DNA of 59,171 nt. Origin: an uncultured delta proteobacterium. Lineage in GTDB: Bacteria > Desulfobacterota > Binatia > UBA9968. Location of the stretch: positions 1-59,171 of the forward strand of contig CAVYTU010000003.1 of the NCBI GenBank assembly GCA_963771465.1, written 5' to 3'. The position numbers and the translations under genes are program-made. Each line of letters opens with the position of its first letter. Position 1 is the first letter of the stretch. Positions 1-12,863 of this stretch are shown here, in pieces. Under the pieces are notes generated by a model, which was given only the letters and a program-made list of their open reading frames with translations, searched no databases and was not told where the DNA came from.

Positions 1-130
1 TTCTATCGCGTGATGATCCATACGCGAAGGCACAAGATCAAAAGCTTTACCAAAGCGTAATCCACACGCACATAGTAACTAGACACCACGGTCGCGACGT
101 AAAACCACAGCACGAAATTCACGATCAGGA

Positions 131-442
131 ATGGCAGATGCCACCACTTCATTTGTGTATTGTAAAACAAAAAATGATGGCACTTTTATAACGGGACGGT
201 TAGACGCGGCCGACGACTTGCTCTGGTTCTCGGTAAAGCCAGTTTGTCGTGGAGTAGTTATGGAAATCGTCGTAACTGACGAAGAAACTTTTTATGCCTT
301 GCACGACGAATTTAACTTGTCGATGTTGGTTGAAACCGTACCAGTTTCGTTGCAGCTACGGCAACGGGTTGACCAATTGCTTTTGATTCTCCAAGAACTC
401 GACGATTTGATCGAATCTGAAGGAGGACTGCTAATTCCCTAA
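131..442 (+). CDS. Hypothetical protein (island cargo)
   Basis: 103-aa ORF with AGGA just upstream of the ATG; no recognisable motif. Confidence 0.35.
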   Translation: MADATTSFVYCKTKNDGTFITGRLDAADDLLWFSVKPVCRGVVMEIVVTDEETFYALHDEFNLSMLVETVPVSLQLRQRVDQLLLILQELDDLIESEGGLLIP

Positions 443-533
443 TGCTCCTCGTTAAACAGTCTTTTACCGCTCGACGGCGAGAGCATTTGACCCTCTGCGC
501 ATACCCTGCCTGTCGGAATAAGCTCGCCAGCCC

Positions 534-1049
534 ATGAAGGTTGTGATCAGAATAACAGTAGAGCATTACGCGAACTTCGTTGCTGCGTGCGATACGGCTT
601 CTCCGGCACACGCTATCCTCACTGATGACCTTCTGTGCGACTTCAAAAGAATTGACCGAAATCGCCATGTGGTTAAAATCGTGTGCACTGAAAACCACGC
701 CTTAACTCTGCTCAGCGCCTCGGTCCGACACTGCCACTACGTCACAGGCACCGATCCGGCGTCGCGATTGATCGACGCAAAAATTCACAATTCGATGACT
801 GGGACGCGAATTGTGATGCTCAAAATCTCGCCCACGAACGAAAGTTTACAAGACCGGTCAGGAGCAGACCTTCATGATCTCGGGCATCAAGTTTTACGTT
901 TCTTGCCAAAAAAAAAAAGATCGACACTGCAACGCCTGGCCAATCGGACCGGTCAGTTCCTCGGATACCATAACGCAGGCAACGAGAAGTTTCAGGATGT
1001 TGTCTTCGTTGCACATGAGTTTAAGGACACGTTGAGCAGGGTCGGTTGA
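534..1049 (+). CDS. Hypothetical protein (island cargo; may be two small genes joined across an A11 run)
   Basis: 171-aa ORF; poly-A run at 908-918 gives KKK; no recognisable motif. Confidence 0.35.
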   Translation: MKVVIRITVEHYANFVAACDTASPAHAILTDDLLCDFKRIDRNRHVVKIVCTENHALTLLSASVRHCHYVTGTDPASRLIDAKIHNSMTGTRIVMLKISPTNESLQDRSGADLHDLGHQVLRFLPKKKRSTLQRLANRTGQFLGYHNAGNEKFQDVVFVAHEFKDTLSRVG

Positions 1050-1618
1050 GCGTGTTCAAACCAATGGCAAACATCACGTTCGCATCATTATGGCGTATGC
1101 GGCCCTAGTGATTGGTCGAAAGGTTCTTCGCAGGGAACGGCTCTAACCTAGCCGCTAAGAATCTAAGGTAACACGAACCGGAGCTAATAACCGAACTTAC
1201 CCACCCGGAAGTCGCGTGTGAAGTCGTGCCCGCAATTGCTACAGATGCGAGCGTCCTGGCTGATCCGGCGCGCACACCTCGGGCACTCTTTATACAATTG
1301 CTCATCTAGAAAAAGCGCCACGACCAATGCGAGGCCCGGTAGTAAAAGCCCAGCAATAAACCAAAGCGTCGCGTTGCCGCCTTTGTCACTCGCGGCTTTC
1401 GCGAGCCCTGGCCAGGAAGAGTACTAAAATCACGGCGAGCAAGACGTATCCGGTTTCGGGAGTCATGGCTTCCTCCGCAAAATGAGAATCGACAAAACCA
1501 TAGACCGCTCGGTTATCGAAGAAGAATGGCGAGCAGAAAGATTAATCACTTTGAGCGGCGGGCGTCAAGCCACAACCATAGGATACTTGCGGCGCCGATT
1601 CCCGCCCGTTAGTGTGAT

Positions 1619-2599
1619 ATGTTCCTATGCTCACGAAAGAAGTCGCTACAGCGCGAGCGCGTCCAGCCGGCATTCATCGAACCAATGTATGCCTCAGCCG
1701 TGCGCGAGCTGCCGGATGGCGACGCCTGGAGCTACGAGGCCAAGCTCGACGGCTACCGATGCCTCGTCGCCAAAGGCAGCCGCGGCGATGTTGTGCTCTG
1801 GTCGCGGCGCGGGAATCTATTCACGGCGCGATTCCCAGAGATCGCCCGTGCTTGCCAGGCAATGCCGACTAACACGATGATTGACGGCGAAGTGGTGGCC
1901 ATCGACGCTGACGGGCGAATGTCGTTCAACGCGCTCCAGCACAGCCGCTCGAAGACGCAGCTTCAATTCTACGCCTTTGACGTGCTCGCTTATCGTGGGC
2001 GCAGCACACTGCGGCTACCGCTGGAGCAACGACGAGAGCTGCTCGTGGACGCGCTGGCAAAGGTCCAATACCCGGTGATCCGCTCGACGCCATTTGACGC
2101 CAAACCCGCGGACCTGATCCGGGCCGCGAAAGAGCTAGAGCTTGAAGGCATCATCGCCAAGCGCAAGGACTCGCTCTATGAGCCGGGCCGGCGCAGCGGC
2201 GCATGGCTCAAGTACAAGATCAACCGCTCTCAAGAGTTCGTGATCGGTGGTTATACCGCGGGCAATCCTTTCGACGCGCTTATCGTGGGATGCTACGACG
2301 GCGCGGACCTAAATTTTGTGGCCAAAGTCCGCAATGGATTTGTGCCGCACGTTCGCCGCGAAGTTTTCAAAAGTTTGCGCACCCTGGAATCGGACCAATG
2401 TCCGTTCGCCAATCTGCCGGAGAAGCGGCGCACGATGTGGGCGCTGACCGCGAGTGAGATGAAAGAGTGTCGATGGCTGAAGCCTGAGCTCGTCGCTCAG
2501 ATCGAGTTCACGGAGTGGACGCCGGACGGGCACTTGAGACACGCTAGTTTCGCCGGATTGCGTGACGATAAAGAGGCGCGGGAAATAGTTCGGGAATAA
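1619..2599 (+). CDS. ligD: ATP-dependent DNA ligase, stand-alone LigD ligase-type domain
   Basis: Motif I EAKLDGYR, DGEVV, FDVL, EGIIAKR, WLKYK, and C-terminal OB-fold end EFTEWT..GHLRHASF.GLRDDK. Confidence 0.9.
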   Translation: MFLCSRKKSLQRERVQPAFIEPMYASAVRELPDGDAWSYEAKLDGYRCLVAKGSRGDVVLWSRRGNLFTARFPEIARACQAMPTNTMIDGEVVAIDADGRMSFNALQHSRSKTQLQFYAFDVLAYRGRSTLRLPLEQRRELLVDALAKVQYPVIRSTPFDAKPADLIRAAKELELEGIIAKRKDSLYEPGRRSGAWLKYKINRSQEFVIGGYTAGNPFDALIVGCYDGADLNFVAKVRNGFVPHVRREVFKSLRTLESDQCPFANLPEKRRTMWALTASEMKECRWLKPELVAQIEFTEWTPDGHLRHASFAGLRDDKEAREIVRE

Positions 2600-2868
2600 T
2601 TAGCTACGGGAGTATCATCTTAGAGATTTTATAGCTCTAACAGTTCAACGACATGTCAACCTGATCACGTCGACTAATTGCATCCTGACACATAAAGCTG
2701 AGTTTATTCTTTGGCGGTGCCACATATCCTGGGGCGTAGGGGTTTGATGATTGGGTAGCGCTGGCTCGAGCCCGTTCAAGAGCTCGATTGTGCTCTACTT
2801 GACTGTTGCCTCACATAGCAATCATGGCCTTGGAAAGCATTAAAACAAAGAAGGGAGACAAATAATTT

Positions 2869-4003
2869 ATGGCATGCGTTAGAAAATGGCGCGACAAGTG
2901 GGTTGTCGATTGGCGCGATCCGGGCGGTAAGCGCTTCATTGAAACCGTAGACGGCGACAGGGATGCGGCGAAAAGACGGCTGGGCGAAATACTCAAGAGC
3001 GGCGAACAGGCGGCGAGCAAGAGGTTAACTTTCCAGGGCTACGCGGAGAGCTGGCTTCAAAATCACGCCAAAGTCACGATCAAACAAAGCACCTATCTGG
3101 AGTATGAGCGGGCTTTGAAGGTGCATCTTTATCCCCTCTTCGGTTCAAAGCCGTTGGTCCGAGTGGCCCGCAAAATGGTGCGCGAGATGATCGCGACCAA
3201 ACAAAAGGCTGGGCTATCGCAATCGACTATCCGCAACATCCTGGCGCCGATGCGGCAAATGTACAATCAAGCGATCGATGACGGCGACGCATACGAAAAT
3301 CCGGCATCGAGAGTGGGAAAATTCAACAAGCGCAAAGATGCGACTGCGCAGCTAAACCCATTGACCCGCGAAGAGGTAAAAACGCTGCTCGATAAAACAC
3401 TGGAGAAAAGCCCGCACTGGTATCCCCTGCTGCTGTGCGCGACACGCACGGGGATGCGCGAGGGCGAACTGATAGGACTCAAGGGAATAGACCTGGACTT
3501 CCGCGGCCAGTTTGTTGAGGTCCAGCGGATTCTCTCCAGGGGCGAGCTTACCACCCCTAAGAACGGCAGGACGCGGCGCGTGGATATGAGCGGCCAGCTA
3601 AAAGACGTGTTGCAGGAGTCTACTAGCCAAGAAAAGAGCGGCGGCGCTGCGAAAAGAGATGGAAAAGCCGGCCGGCGAAAGACGGGACGCGGCGACGGTC
3701 GTTAACGAAGTTATGGAAGATTGGCTTTTCGCAACCCCGGCGCCACGAGCCGGCAGACAACTCGATCCAAGTAACTTGCGGAAGGTCTTTCAAAGCCTGC
3801 TCACAGCGGCCAAGCTTCGCCGTATACGCTTCCATGACCTGCGCCATACCTTTGCTAGCCTATTGATTCAACAGGGCGAGTCCTTGGCGTATGTGCGCGA
3901 CCAGCTAGGCCACCATTCGATTCAGATTACGGTTGACACCTACGGCCATCTTGTACCCGGCGGCAATCGGCAAGCCGTCAATCGTCTGGATGATGTTAAC
4001 TGA
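2869..4003 (+). CDS. int: Tyrosine recombinase/phage-type integrase, frameshifted near 3620
   Basis: ORFs 2869-3705 and 3659-4003 together give TGMREGEL (R), TPKNG (K), HDLRH, LGH and DTYGH (Y); ends 134 bp from the tRNA-Arg 3' end. Confidence 0.9.
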
Positions 4004-4136
4004 AAATGTGGAAAGAACCGAAGAGTCGAGCGCGCCGCCGAAGCCTAAAAATTGTGGATAAGCGGCGCAGTGGAAACAAATTTGGAAACAATTGGAAAGA
4101 AGACTAGATTGGGAACGGGTAAGCGATTGAATTTGT

Positions 4137-4213
4137 TGGCGCGCCCGGAGGGATTTGAACCCCCAACCCCCAGATTCGTAGTCTGGTGCTCTGTCCAATT
4201 GAGCTACGGGCGC
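4137..4213 (-). tRNA. tRNA-Arg(ACG)
   Basis: Reverse complement GCGCCCGTAGCTCAATTGGACAGAGCACCAGACT-ACG-AATCTGG...GGTTCAAATCCCTCCGGGCGCGCCA, 77 nt with encoded CCA. Confidence 0.97.
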
Positions 4214-4220
4214 TTGTTTG

Positions 4221-4281
4221 ATTCCAGATTACAGATCTCAAACTCCAAATAGTGTGAGATTTGGAATTTGGAATCTGCAAT
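4221..4281. repeat. Inverted heptamer tandem repeats in the tRNA spacer
   Basis: ATTCCAG ATTACAG ATCTCAA ACTCCAA AT facing ATTTGGA ATTTGGA ATCTGCA AT. Confidence 0.7.
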
Positions 4282-4298
4282 TAAAGCCTCTCGGTAAG

Positions 4299-4390
4299 TG
4301 GCGGAGAGAGAGGGATTTGAACCCTCGGTACGGAATTAACCGTACACACGCTTAGCAGGCGTGCGCCTTAGACCACTCGGCCATCTCTCC
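4299..4390 (-). tRNA. tRNA-Ser(GCT)
   Basis: Reverse complement GGAGAGATGGCCGAGTGGTCTAAGGCGCACGCCT-GCT-AAGCGTG with long variable arm, ending GGTTCAAATCCCTCTCTCTCCGCCA. Confidence 0.97.
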
Positions 4391-4553
4391 GTGCCGGTCC
4401 AATTTCGCTTCCGGCTTACTTAGCCGCGGAAGCGCGCAGCTAAAATTTGTGCAGTCCCCGCACAAAGTTAACTGTTCACAAGGTTCGCTAAAACTAGCAT
4501 AGGAAGTTGCGCTATTCTACAATCGAGACCGGCTATTCATGCGCCGCGCAACG

Positions 4554-4591
4554 AAAAAAGGAGCCGGCGGTACGTGACGTCCGGCTCCTTT
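4554..4591 (-). terminator. Rho-independent terminator of the ABC operon
   Basis: AAAAAAGGAGCCGG...CCGGCTCCTTT hairpin with U-tract on the minus strand, ~25 bp past the stop codon. Confidence 0.8.
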
Positions 4592-4615
4592 CCGTGAAAC
4601 AAAGTAATTACTTTG

Positions 4616-5782
4616 CTAACCTTCCCAAATCGGCTTCACAAAGGTATCGAGCCACTTCTTCGGATCTTCCAGAAAGAGCGTATCCGTAACCGGCAGAGTC
4701 TTTGCGCCTTTGCCGAACGCCGATTCGATCGAGGTCTTCGATTTGAAATCGTTACGCGCCGATTCGCGGCCGACTGAATCGATGGTTGTCTGGCCCTCGT
4801 TGGAAATCAACCATTCGGCAAACAGCTTGGCCGTATTCGGATTGGGCGACTTCGCGTAAATGCCGGCCTGGCGCGGGAACAACACCGGCGGAATAGTCTT
4901 TACATAACTCACCGGCGTGCCTTTATGCATTTCTTCCATGACATCGTGCAGCAAAGCCGGCATGGCGATGTTGTATTCACCCGAGATCATCAGCCGAAAC
5001 ATGGCACTCGTGCTCTTGTGCACTGGCACATTGAGAGCTTTCAGTCCGGTCAAGAATTTTTTGAATCGCGCCTCATCGTTCCATTGAGTCTTCAACCCGG
5101 CGAGCATCGAGCTCAGCGGTCCCGCCCGCATCGGATCGTCGAGCGCGATCATGCCTTTGTACTTGGGATTGGCCACCTCTTCCCAGCTTTTGGGCGCTTC
5201 GGCCAGTTTCATTTTCTTGGTGTTGAACGCCAGCGCCTGGATCTGCAGGCTTACGGTTGGCAGCGTCGGATCATGCAGCAGCAAGACATCTTTCTGCACG
5301 GTCTCGTAGGGCAAGATTCCGCCAGCGGCGCGGATGACCGGCGGCGCGTTATCGGAAAGCACGACATCGAAACTCGCTTGGCCGCCTTGGAACTCGGTCA
5401 GAACACGCGTAACGATTTCCGGGTTGCGGCCCTGCCAGTAGGTCGCCTTGATTCCTGGATACCGTTTCGTGAACGCGTCGGTGATCACTTTGAGATGCTC
5501 CACATCCCACACTGAGTAAACCACTAAATTTCCTTCTTGCTTGGCCTTCGGATACAGCTCTGCGCTCACCTGGGCAAACGCCTTGGCAGCGTTGGCGGTC
5601 GCCGCCGCGCTGGCGGTCTCCTTCCTGACCTGTCCGCCGGGCTTTTTGGCCGCCTGCGCAGGCGCTTTCACGGCGTCCTTCGCAGCTTCTTTCGTCGGCG
5701 CTTTCTCGGCCGCGAACGCGGTGCCGAAAAGGCAAATCGCTGACAGCGCGATGGTCGTAATCATCGTTGGTTTCCTTCGCAT
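4616..5782 (-). CDS. ABC transporter substrate-binding protein (Fe(III)/polyamine-binding class)
   Basis: Signal peptide, Ala/Lys-rich N-terminal extension, AKQEGNLVVYS, PKSWEEVANPKYKG, PNPNTAKLFAEWL; GGAGG RBS before ATG 5782. Confidence 0.88.
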   Translation of the reverse strand: MRRKPTMITTIALSAICLFGTAFAAEKAPTKEAAKDAVKAPAQAAKKPGGQVRKETASAAATANAAKAFAQVSAELYPKAKQEGNLVVYSVWDVEHLKVITDAFTKRYPGIKATYWQGRNPEIVTRVLTEFQGGQASFDVVLSDNAPPVIRAAGGILPYETVQKDVLLLHDPTLPTVSLQIQALAFNTKKMKLAEAPKSWEEVANPKYKGMIALDDPMRAGPLSSMLAGLKTQWNDEARFKKFLTGLKALNVPVHKSTSAMFRLMISGEYNIAMPALLHDVMEEMHKGTPVSYVKTIPPVLFPRQAGIYAKSPNPNTAKLFAEWLISNEGQTTIDSVGRESARNDFKSKTSIESAFGKGAKTLPVTDTLFLEDPKKWLDTFVKPIWEG

Positions 5783-5823
5783 GCTATCCTCCCCTGGTTT
5801 GAATTCGTTGATTTGACGAACCG

Positions 5824-7521
5824 TCATAGACTAAACTTCATTTTGAAAGCGAATTTAGCCACAGACACCGCAACAATCAAGATAATTAAATAGATCACCC
5901 CGCCCGCGGCAGCCTCCGCCCACTGGCCGACGCGGAAATATTCAAACAACGTGACCGGGCCGTATTCTAATCCCGGCGCCGTCAACAGCACCGCCACGTC
6001 GACGTTACGGATCGCTTCGATGAAAATATAAAAGAGCGCGCCGCCCACGGCGGGCTTGAGGATCGGCAGAGTGATTCGGAAAAAAACATGGCGCCACTTC
6101 GCACCATGAACCCACGCCGCTTCGTCGAGTTCCTTGTGAATATTGACAATGGCGCCGGAAGCATTGCGGAACGCATAGGGGAAGTAGGCGACGAATAGTC
6201 CCAAACCGAGCGCCCAAAGGCTATTGTAAAGCGGCGTACCGACAAAAATAATCACCAGCCCCACCGATAAGACCAGCGGCGGAAAGGCCAGCGGCAAGGT
6301 ACCGATAAACTCAAAGATCTTGGTGCCGAAAGCGCGCGTGCGATGAATCGTAAACGCCATGACGATACCGAAGAGCACGGTGATCAAGGCGATCACCACA
6401 GAGAGCAGAACTGAGTTGCGCAAGCCTTGAATAAAGCTCGCATGGCGCAGTACGGTACGATAGTTTTTCAAACCCATGTGCGACGGGAAGCTCATGAAAG
6501 TCTCGTAGTCAAAGTAAGGAATGATCGAAACGACGATCAAGACGACGAACGGAATAGCGATCCCGGCGAGAAAATAAAGGCAGACGGCGGCAAAAGTGAC
6601 GTATTTCCACGGGCCGATATCGATCACGCGGACACGATAACCTTTACCCGTGATCGTCGCGTAGCGCTCGGAGAAGCGCGTCGCTCGGACGTAAAAATAG
6701 AGCGTGATCACCGACATGACGACGAGCACGACGCTATACGCGGTCGCAAGTCCGGTATTGAATTCGAGAGCCATGGAATCGTACACACGGCTGACAAACA
6801 CCTTGATGTTGCCCGGTGTTCCCTGCAAGACCGGCGTTTCGAAGGAGCGCAACGCGCGCAGAAAGTTCAGCACGAAGGCGGAGATGAACGCCGGGATCGC
6901 CAGCGGGAACGTGATCTTGAGCATAGTATTTACCGGCCGGCTGCCGGCGATGTAGGCGCTCTCTTCTAACGACGGATCGAAGGAGAGAAACACCGGCAGC
7001 AAGAACAAATAACCGAGCGGCACGCAGGCGATGCCGAACACCCAAATCATGCCGGTCATGCTAAAAGCGTTGAACACCGGATAGCTGATGCCGAGGAACT
7101 GTTCGAGCATGCCATTTAAGATGCCCGACTTCGGCGCCAGCAGTAAAATCCAGGCGATGTTCTTCATGATCGGCGGCATCAGCAGTGGATAGAGCGGCAT
7201 CAACTCGACCAAGCCTTTGCCAGGAGTATTCGTACGCGCGACGATCCACGCCAATAGTCCGCCCAGGCCGGTTCCTAACAGCGCCGAACCGCCGGCGTAG
7301 ATGACCGAATTGCTGAGCATGGGCCATATGTCTTTATCGGCGAAAACGCGCAGGTAGTTGGCGGCGTTGAGGCCGACGGTGAAGCCCAACCTGCCGCTGG
7401 TCAAGCTGCGCCACAACACCACCAACACGGGGGTAATGATCACCACACCGGCAACCGCGCTGGCACAAAGTGGAAAAAGACTTCCCTGCCGCATGGCAAG
7501 CCGGTTTGCTTTCCAGGTCAC
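5824..7521 (-). CDS. ABC transporter permease (FbpB/AfuB-type, two repeats)
   Basis: Multi-TM protein with two EAA loops (LEESAYIAGS, LDEAAWVHGA). Confidence 0.92.
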   Translation of the reverse strand: MTWKANRLAMRQGSLFPLCASAVAGVVIITPVLVVLWRSLTSGRLGFTVGLNAANYLRVFADKDIWPMLSNSVIYAGGSALLGTGLGGLLAWIVARTNTPGKGLVELMPLYPLLMPPIMKNIAWILLLAPKSGILNGMLEQFLGISYPVFNAFSMTGMIWVFGIACVPLGYLFLLPVFLSFDPSLEESAYIAGSRPVNTMLKITFPLAIPAFISAFVLNFLRALRSFETPVLQGTPGNIKVFVSRVYDSMALEFNTGLATAYSVVLVVMSVITLYFYVRATRFSERYATITGKGYRVRVIDIGPWKYVTFAAVCLYFLAGIAIPFVVLIVVSIIPYFDYETFMSFPSHMGLKNYRTVLRHASFIQGLRNSVLLSVVIALITVLFGIVMAFTIHRTRAFGTKIFEFIGTLPLAFPPLVLSVGLVIIFVGTPLYNSLWALGLGLFVAYFPYAFRNASGAIVNIHKELDEAAWVHGAKWRHVFFRITLPILKPAVGGALFYIFIEAIRNVDVAVLLTAPGLEYGPVTLFEYFRVGQWAEAAAGGVIYLIILIVAVSVAKFAFKMKFSL

Positions 7522-7552
7522 GCTGGCAATTCTCCTGGGAACTTTTTAAGCA

Positions 7553-8683
7553 CTAGGTAGACGAGTGTTGAGGTATGAGGCTGATGGCCGACTTCTCGAT
7601 GCAGAGAAAAACCTTGCCGCCCTCGCCGTTGACGTTGATCATCGGGCAGAGCCGATGGGACGTGACGACAACCTCCTTGGTGCCGATCTGCACCCGGTGG
7701 TCGGTCAATCCACCGCGATACTCCCGGCTCATCATCGCACCTTCGAGAACATTGATTGCATCGCTAGAGAATTTTTCATTGCTTAGCCGTAAATCGCCGT
7801 TCTTGATCACGACGCTGCACGGCCCGCTGGAAAATCCACTCTTGGGAGCGGCGCAGATCAGCGTCGCATTGTCGAACTCGGGGACCTGCACCAAACAGTC
7901 GCCGGCCTCGACCCTGACCACGTTGCCCGCGACCAAAGTCGAATGGCCAATGAACGACGCCACGAAGGGATCGGTGGGTTGATTGTACATCTCATCCGGC
8001 GAATCATACTGCAAGATTTTTCCAGCGTTCATCACGATGACTTTATCGGAAATAACGAAAGCCTCTTCCTGATCATGGGTCACGTACAACGCGCTGATGC
8101 CGACTTTCTTAATCAGTTTCTTGAGTTCGACGCGCATCTCTTCGCGCAGCTTGGCGTCGAGATTGCTCAACGGCTCGTCGAGCAGAATCAAGCGCGGCTC
8201 CAGGACGATACTGCGCGCCAAGGCAACCCGCTGCTGCTGGCCGCCGCTCAACTGCGACGGGTAACGCTCTTCGCGTCCGCTCAACCCGACGAGATCCAGA
8301 GACGCCAACACCCGTCGCCTAACCTCATCGGTCGGGAACTTGCGCAGGTTCAATGCGAAGGCGACGTTCTTAAATACCGTCATATGCGGCCACAGCGCAT
8401 AGCTTTGAAAGACAAAACCGATCTCGCGGGAATAGGGCGGGACGAGAATGCCGCCCTCGATGGACGTCTGGACCTTACCGCCGATGGAAATCGATCCCGC
8501 ATCAGGAATTTCCAGCCCAGCGATGGAGCGCAACAAAGTCGTCTTGCCGCAACCGGACGGCCCGAGAAAGGCGAGAATTCCTTTCTCGAACTCAAAGCTG
8601 ACGTTGTCGAGAGCCTTTAGATCTTTGTAAAGTTTGGTAACGCCTTCAACTTTTAAAATTGCCATGTTTGATCCCAGCGCCAA
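7553..8683 (-). CDS. ABC transporter ATP-binding protein (FbpC/PotA-type)
   Basis: GPSGCGKT, LSGGQQQRVALAR, LLDEP, VTHDQEEA, C-terminal TOBE-like region. Confidence 0.95.
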   Translation of the reverse strand: MALGSNMAILKVEGVTKLYKDLKALDNVSFEFEKGILAFLGPSGCGKTTLLRSIAGLEIPDAGSISIGGKVQTSIEGGILVPPYSREIGFVFQSYALWPHMTVFKNVAFALNLRKFPTDEVRRRVLASLDLVGLSGREERYPSQLSGGQQQRVALARSIVLEPRLILLDEPLSNLDAKLREEMRVELKKLIKKVGISALYVTHDQEEAFVISDKVIVMNAGKILQYDSPDEMYNQPTDPFVASFIGHSTLVAGNVVRVEAGDCLVQVPEFDNATLICAAPKSGFSSGPCSVVIKNGDLRLSNEKFSSDAINVLEGAMMSREYRGGLTDHRVQIGTKEVVVTSHRLCPMINVNGEGGKVFLCIEKSAISLIPQHSST

Positions 8684-8927
8684 TCACCCTCCGCAAGATA
8701 CACGCCAACGTCATTTCGGTGCAGCTAGGTCTTACTCTAAACCGATGTAAAACTAAATAAGGCCACCGAAAAAACAGCCGATCCCGAGCGTCAAAACTCA
8801 ACGCCAGCTAACGATGTTCGGCACGCCCGCTCGAAAAGGCGCTCATTTCTAGGCAGGGCCTGCCGGAAAATTAAGCGCGCGTCCATTAATGTCGGGAGCC
8901 GCGAACAACTTCAACAAGCGCAGATAG

Positions 8928-11386
<2,459 letters not shown>

Positions 11387-11459
11387 TATGCTTTACTAAA
11401 GTTGGCGCTAGAGGCGTGGAAGACTGAGATGAGGGTGCTCGCATTCGAATTGTGTGCCA

Positions 11460-12863
11460 CTAAGCCAACATCACCTTCTGCTGGTACTTGGCGATCTCGA
11501 CATTCCACTTGAGCCGTTGGCGAATCATATCGGCCAACGCATTCGCCCCAGCCGCTTCGCCGTGTACGACATACGTGGTTTTCGGCGCTTTTGGAAATGT
11601 GCCTAACCAGCGCATGATCTCGCCTTGATCCGCATGGGCGGAGAAGCCGTCGAGCACTTTGACTTTGGCGCGCACTGGAATGACTTCGCCGAGCATTTTG
11701 ATTTCCTTGGCGCCATCTTGAAGCGACCGCCCGCGCGTCCCCTCGGATTGATAGCCGACAAACAGCACCGTGGTCTCCGGATTAGGCAGGCGATGTTTCA
11801 AATGATGCAATACCCGCCCGCCCGTTGCCATGCCGCTGGCTGAGATGATGATCAGCGGGCCTTTTAGATTATTGATAGCCTTCGACTGCTCCGGCGTTCG
11901 GTCGACGATCATATGGCGTGAGCTGATGGGACAACTTTCATGATTGCGCAGTTGCGCCATCTCGAAATCGTGCTCGTCGATGTGTCGGCAATAAATCTCC
12001 GTCGCTTCGATTCCCATCGGGCTATCGACATGCACCGGAATCACGGGAATCTCGCCTTCATCTTCCATCTTGCGAATGGTGTAGACCAAGTCCTGAGTTC
12101 GGCCGATGGCGAAGGCGGGAATGATCAAGCAGCGATGCTCCGCCGCGGTTTCTTTGATCACCGCGCGCAACGCGTCTTCCGAATCTTTCGGATGGTTTCG
12201 ATTGCCGTAGGTCGACTCGATCAAAAGCCAATCGGCGGCCCTGCCAGGCTCAGGATCCTTGAGAATCGGCCGGTCGGAGCGGCCAAGATCGCCCGAGTCG
12301 ATCAAAGTTTTCTGCTGGCCATTCACTTCAAAGCTAAAGCGCGCCGATCCCGCGCCGAGAATATGACCGACGCGGCCAAAGTCGAGCACGACCCCCTTGG
12401 CCACTTCGACTTTTTCGCCGAAGCGGACCGGCCGCAAAAGTTTCAAAGCCGCCTCGGCATGTTCGACAGTGTAGAGCGGCAACGCCGGCGTATGCTTCGA
12501 GTAACCTTTACGATTGGCGTAGCGTGCTTCTTCTTCTTGCAGATACGCCGCGTCGGGCAACATCACGCGCAACAAATCGCAAGTGCCGGGAGTAGCGAAT
12601 ACCGGACCCCGAAAGCCTTGGTAGACAATCCGCGGCAAGTAACCGGAATGATCGATGTGCGCGTGGGTCAAGACCACCGAGCGCAACTGCGCCAGATCGA
12701 TGGGCAACGGCGCCCAGTTTCTTTGGCGCAGCTCTTTCAATCCTTGGAACAAGCCGCAATCGATTAAGACTTGATCGGAATTGTGCGAGAAGAGAAACTT
12801 CGAGCCGGTGACGCCACCCGCGGCGCCCAGAAACTGTAACGTCGGTGCTGCTGCATTCGCCAT
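11460..12863 (-). CDS. MBL-fold beta-CASP nuclease (Ysh1/RNA-specificity domain family)
   Basis: GAAGGVTGS, DCGLFQG, THAHIDHSG, GHILG, ESTYG, SAHADQ, VHGE. Confidence 0.92.
   Translation of the reverse strand: MANAAAPTLQFLGAAGGVTGSKFLFSHNSDQVLIDCGLFQGLKELRQRNWAPLPIDLAQLRSVVLTHAHIDHSGYLPRIVYQGFRGPVFATPGTCDLLRVMLPDAAYLQEEEARYANRKGYSKHTPALPLYTVEHAEAALKLLRPVRFGEKVEVAKGVVLDFGRVGHILGAGSARFSFEVNGQQKTLIDSGDLGRSDRPILKDPEPGRAADWLLIESTYGNRNHPKDSEDALRAVIKETAAEHRCLIIPAFAIGRTQDLVYTIRKMEDEGEIPVIPVHVDSPMGIEATEIYCRHIDEHDFEMAQLRNHESCPISSRHMIVDRTPEQSKAINNLKGPLIIISASGMATGGRVLHHLKHRLPNPETTVLFVGYQSEGTRGRSLQDGAKEIKMLGEVIPVRAKVKVLDGFSAHADQGEIMRWLGTFPKAPKTTYVVHGEAAGANALADMIRQRLKWNVEIAKYQQKVMLA

Larger units (their letters stand above)
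1..4136. mobile_element. Right end of an integrative element/genomic island at tRNA-Arg(ACG); left boundary outside window
   Basis: Integrase abuts the tRNA 3' end; cargo is small hypothetical ORFs plus a ligase; second att copy not visible. Confidence 0.7.

Noticed and set aside
3905-4252. ORFs 3905-4198 and 4052-4252
   Set aside because: They overlap tRNA-Arg and are translation artefacts
11460-12863. Anti-phage or beta-lactamase role for the MBL-fold protein
   Set aside because: Motifs match the widespread beta-CASP RNA-processing family, and there are no defence partners nearby
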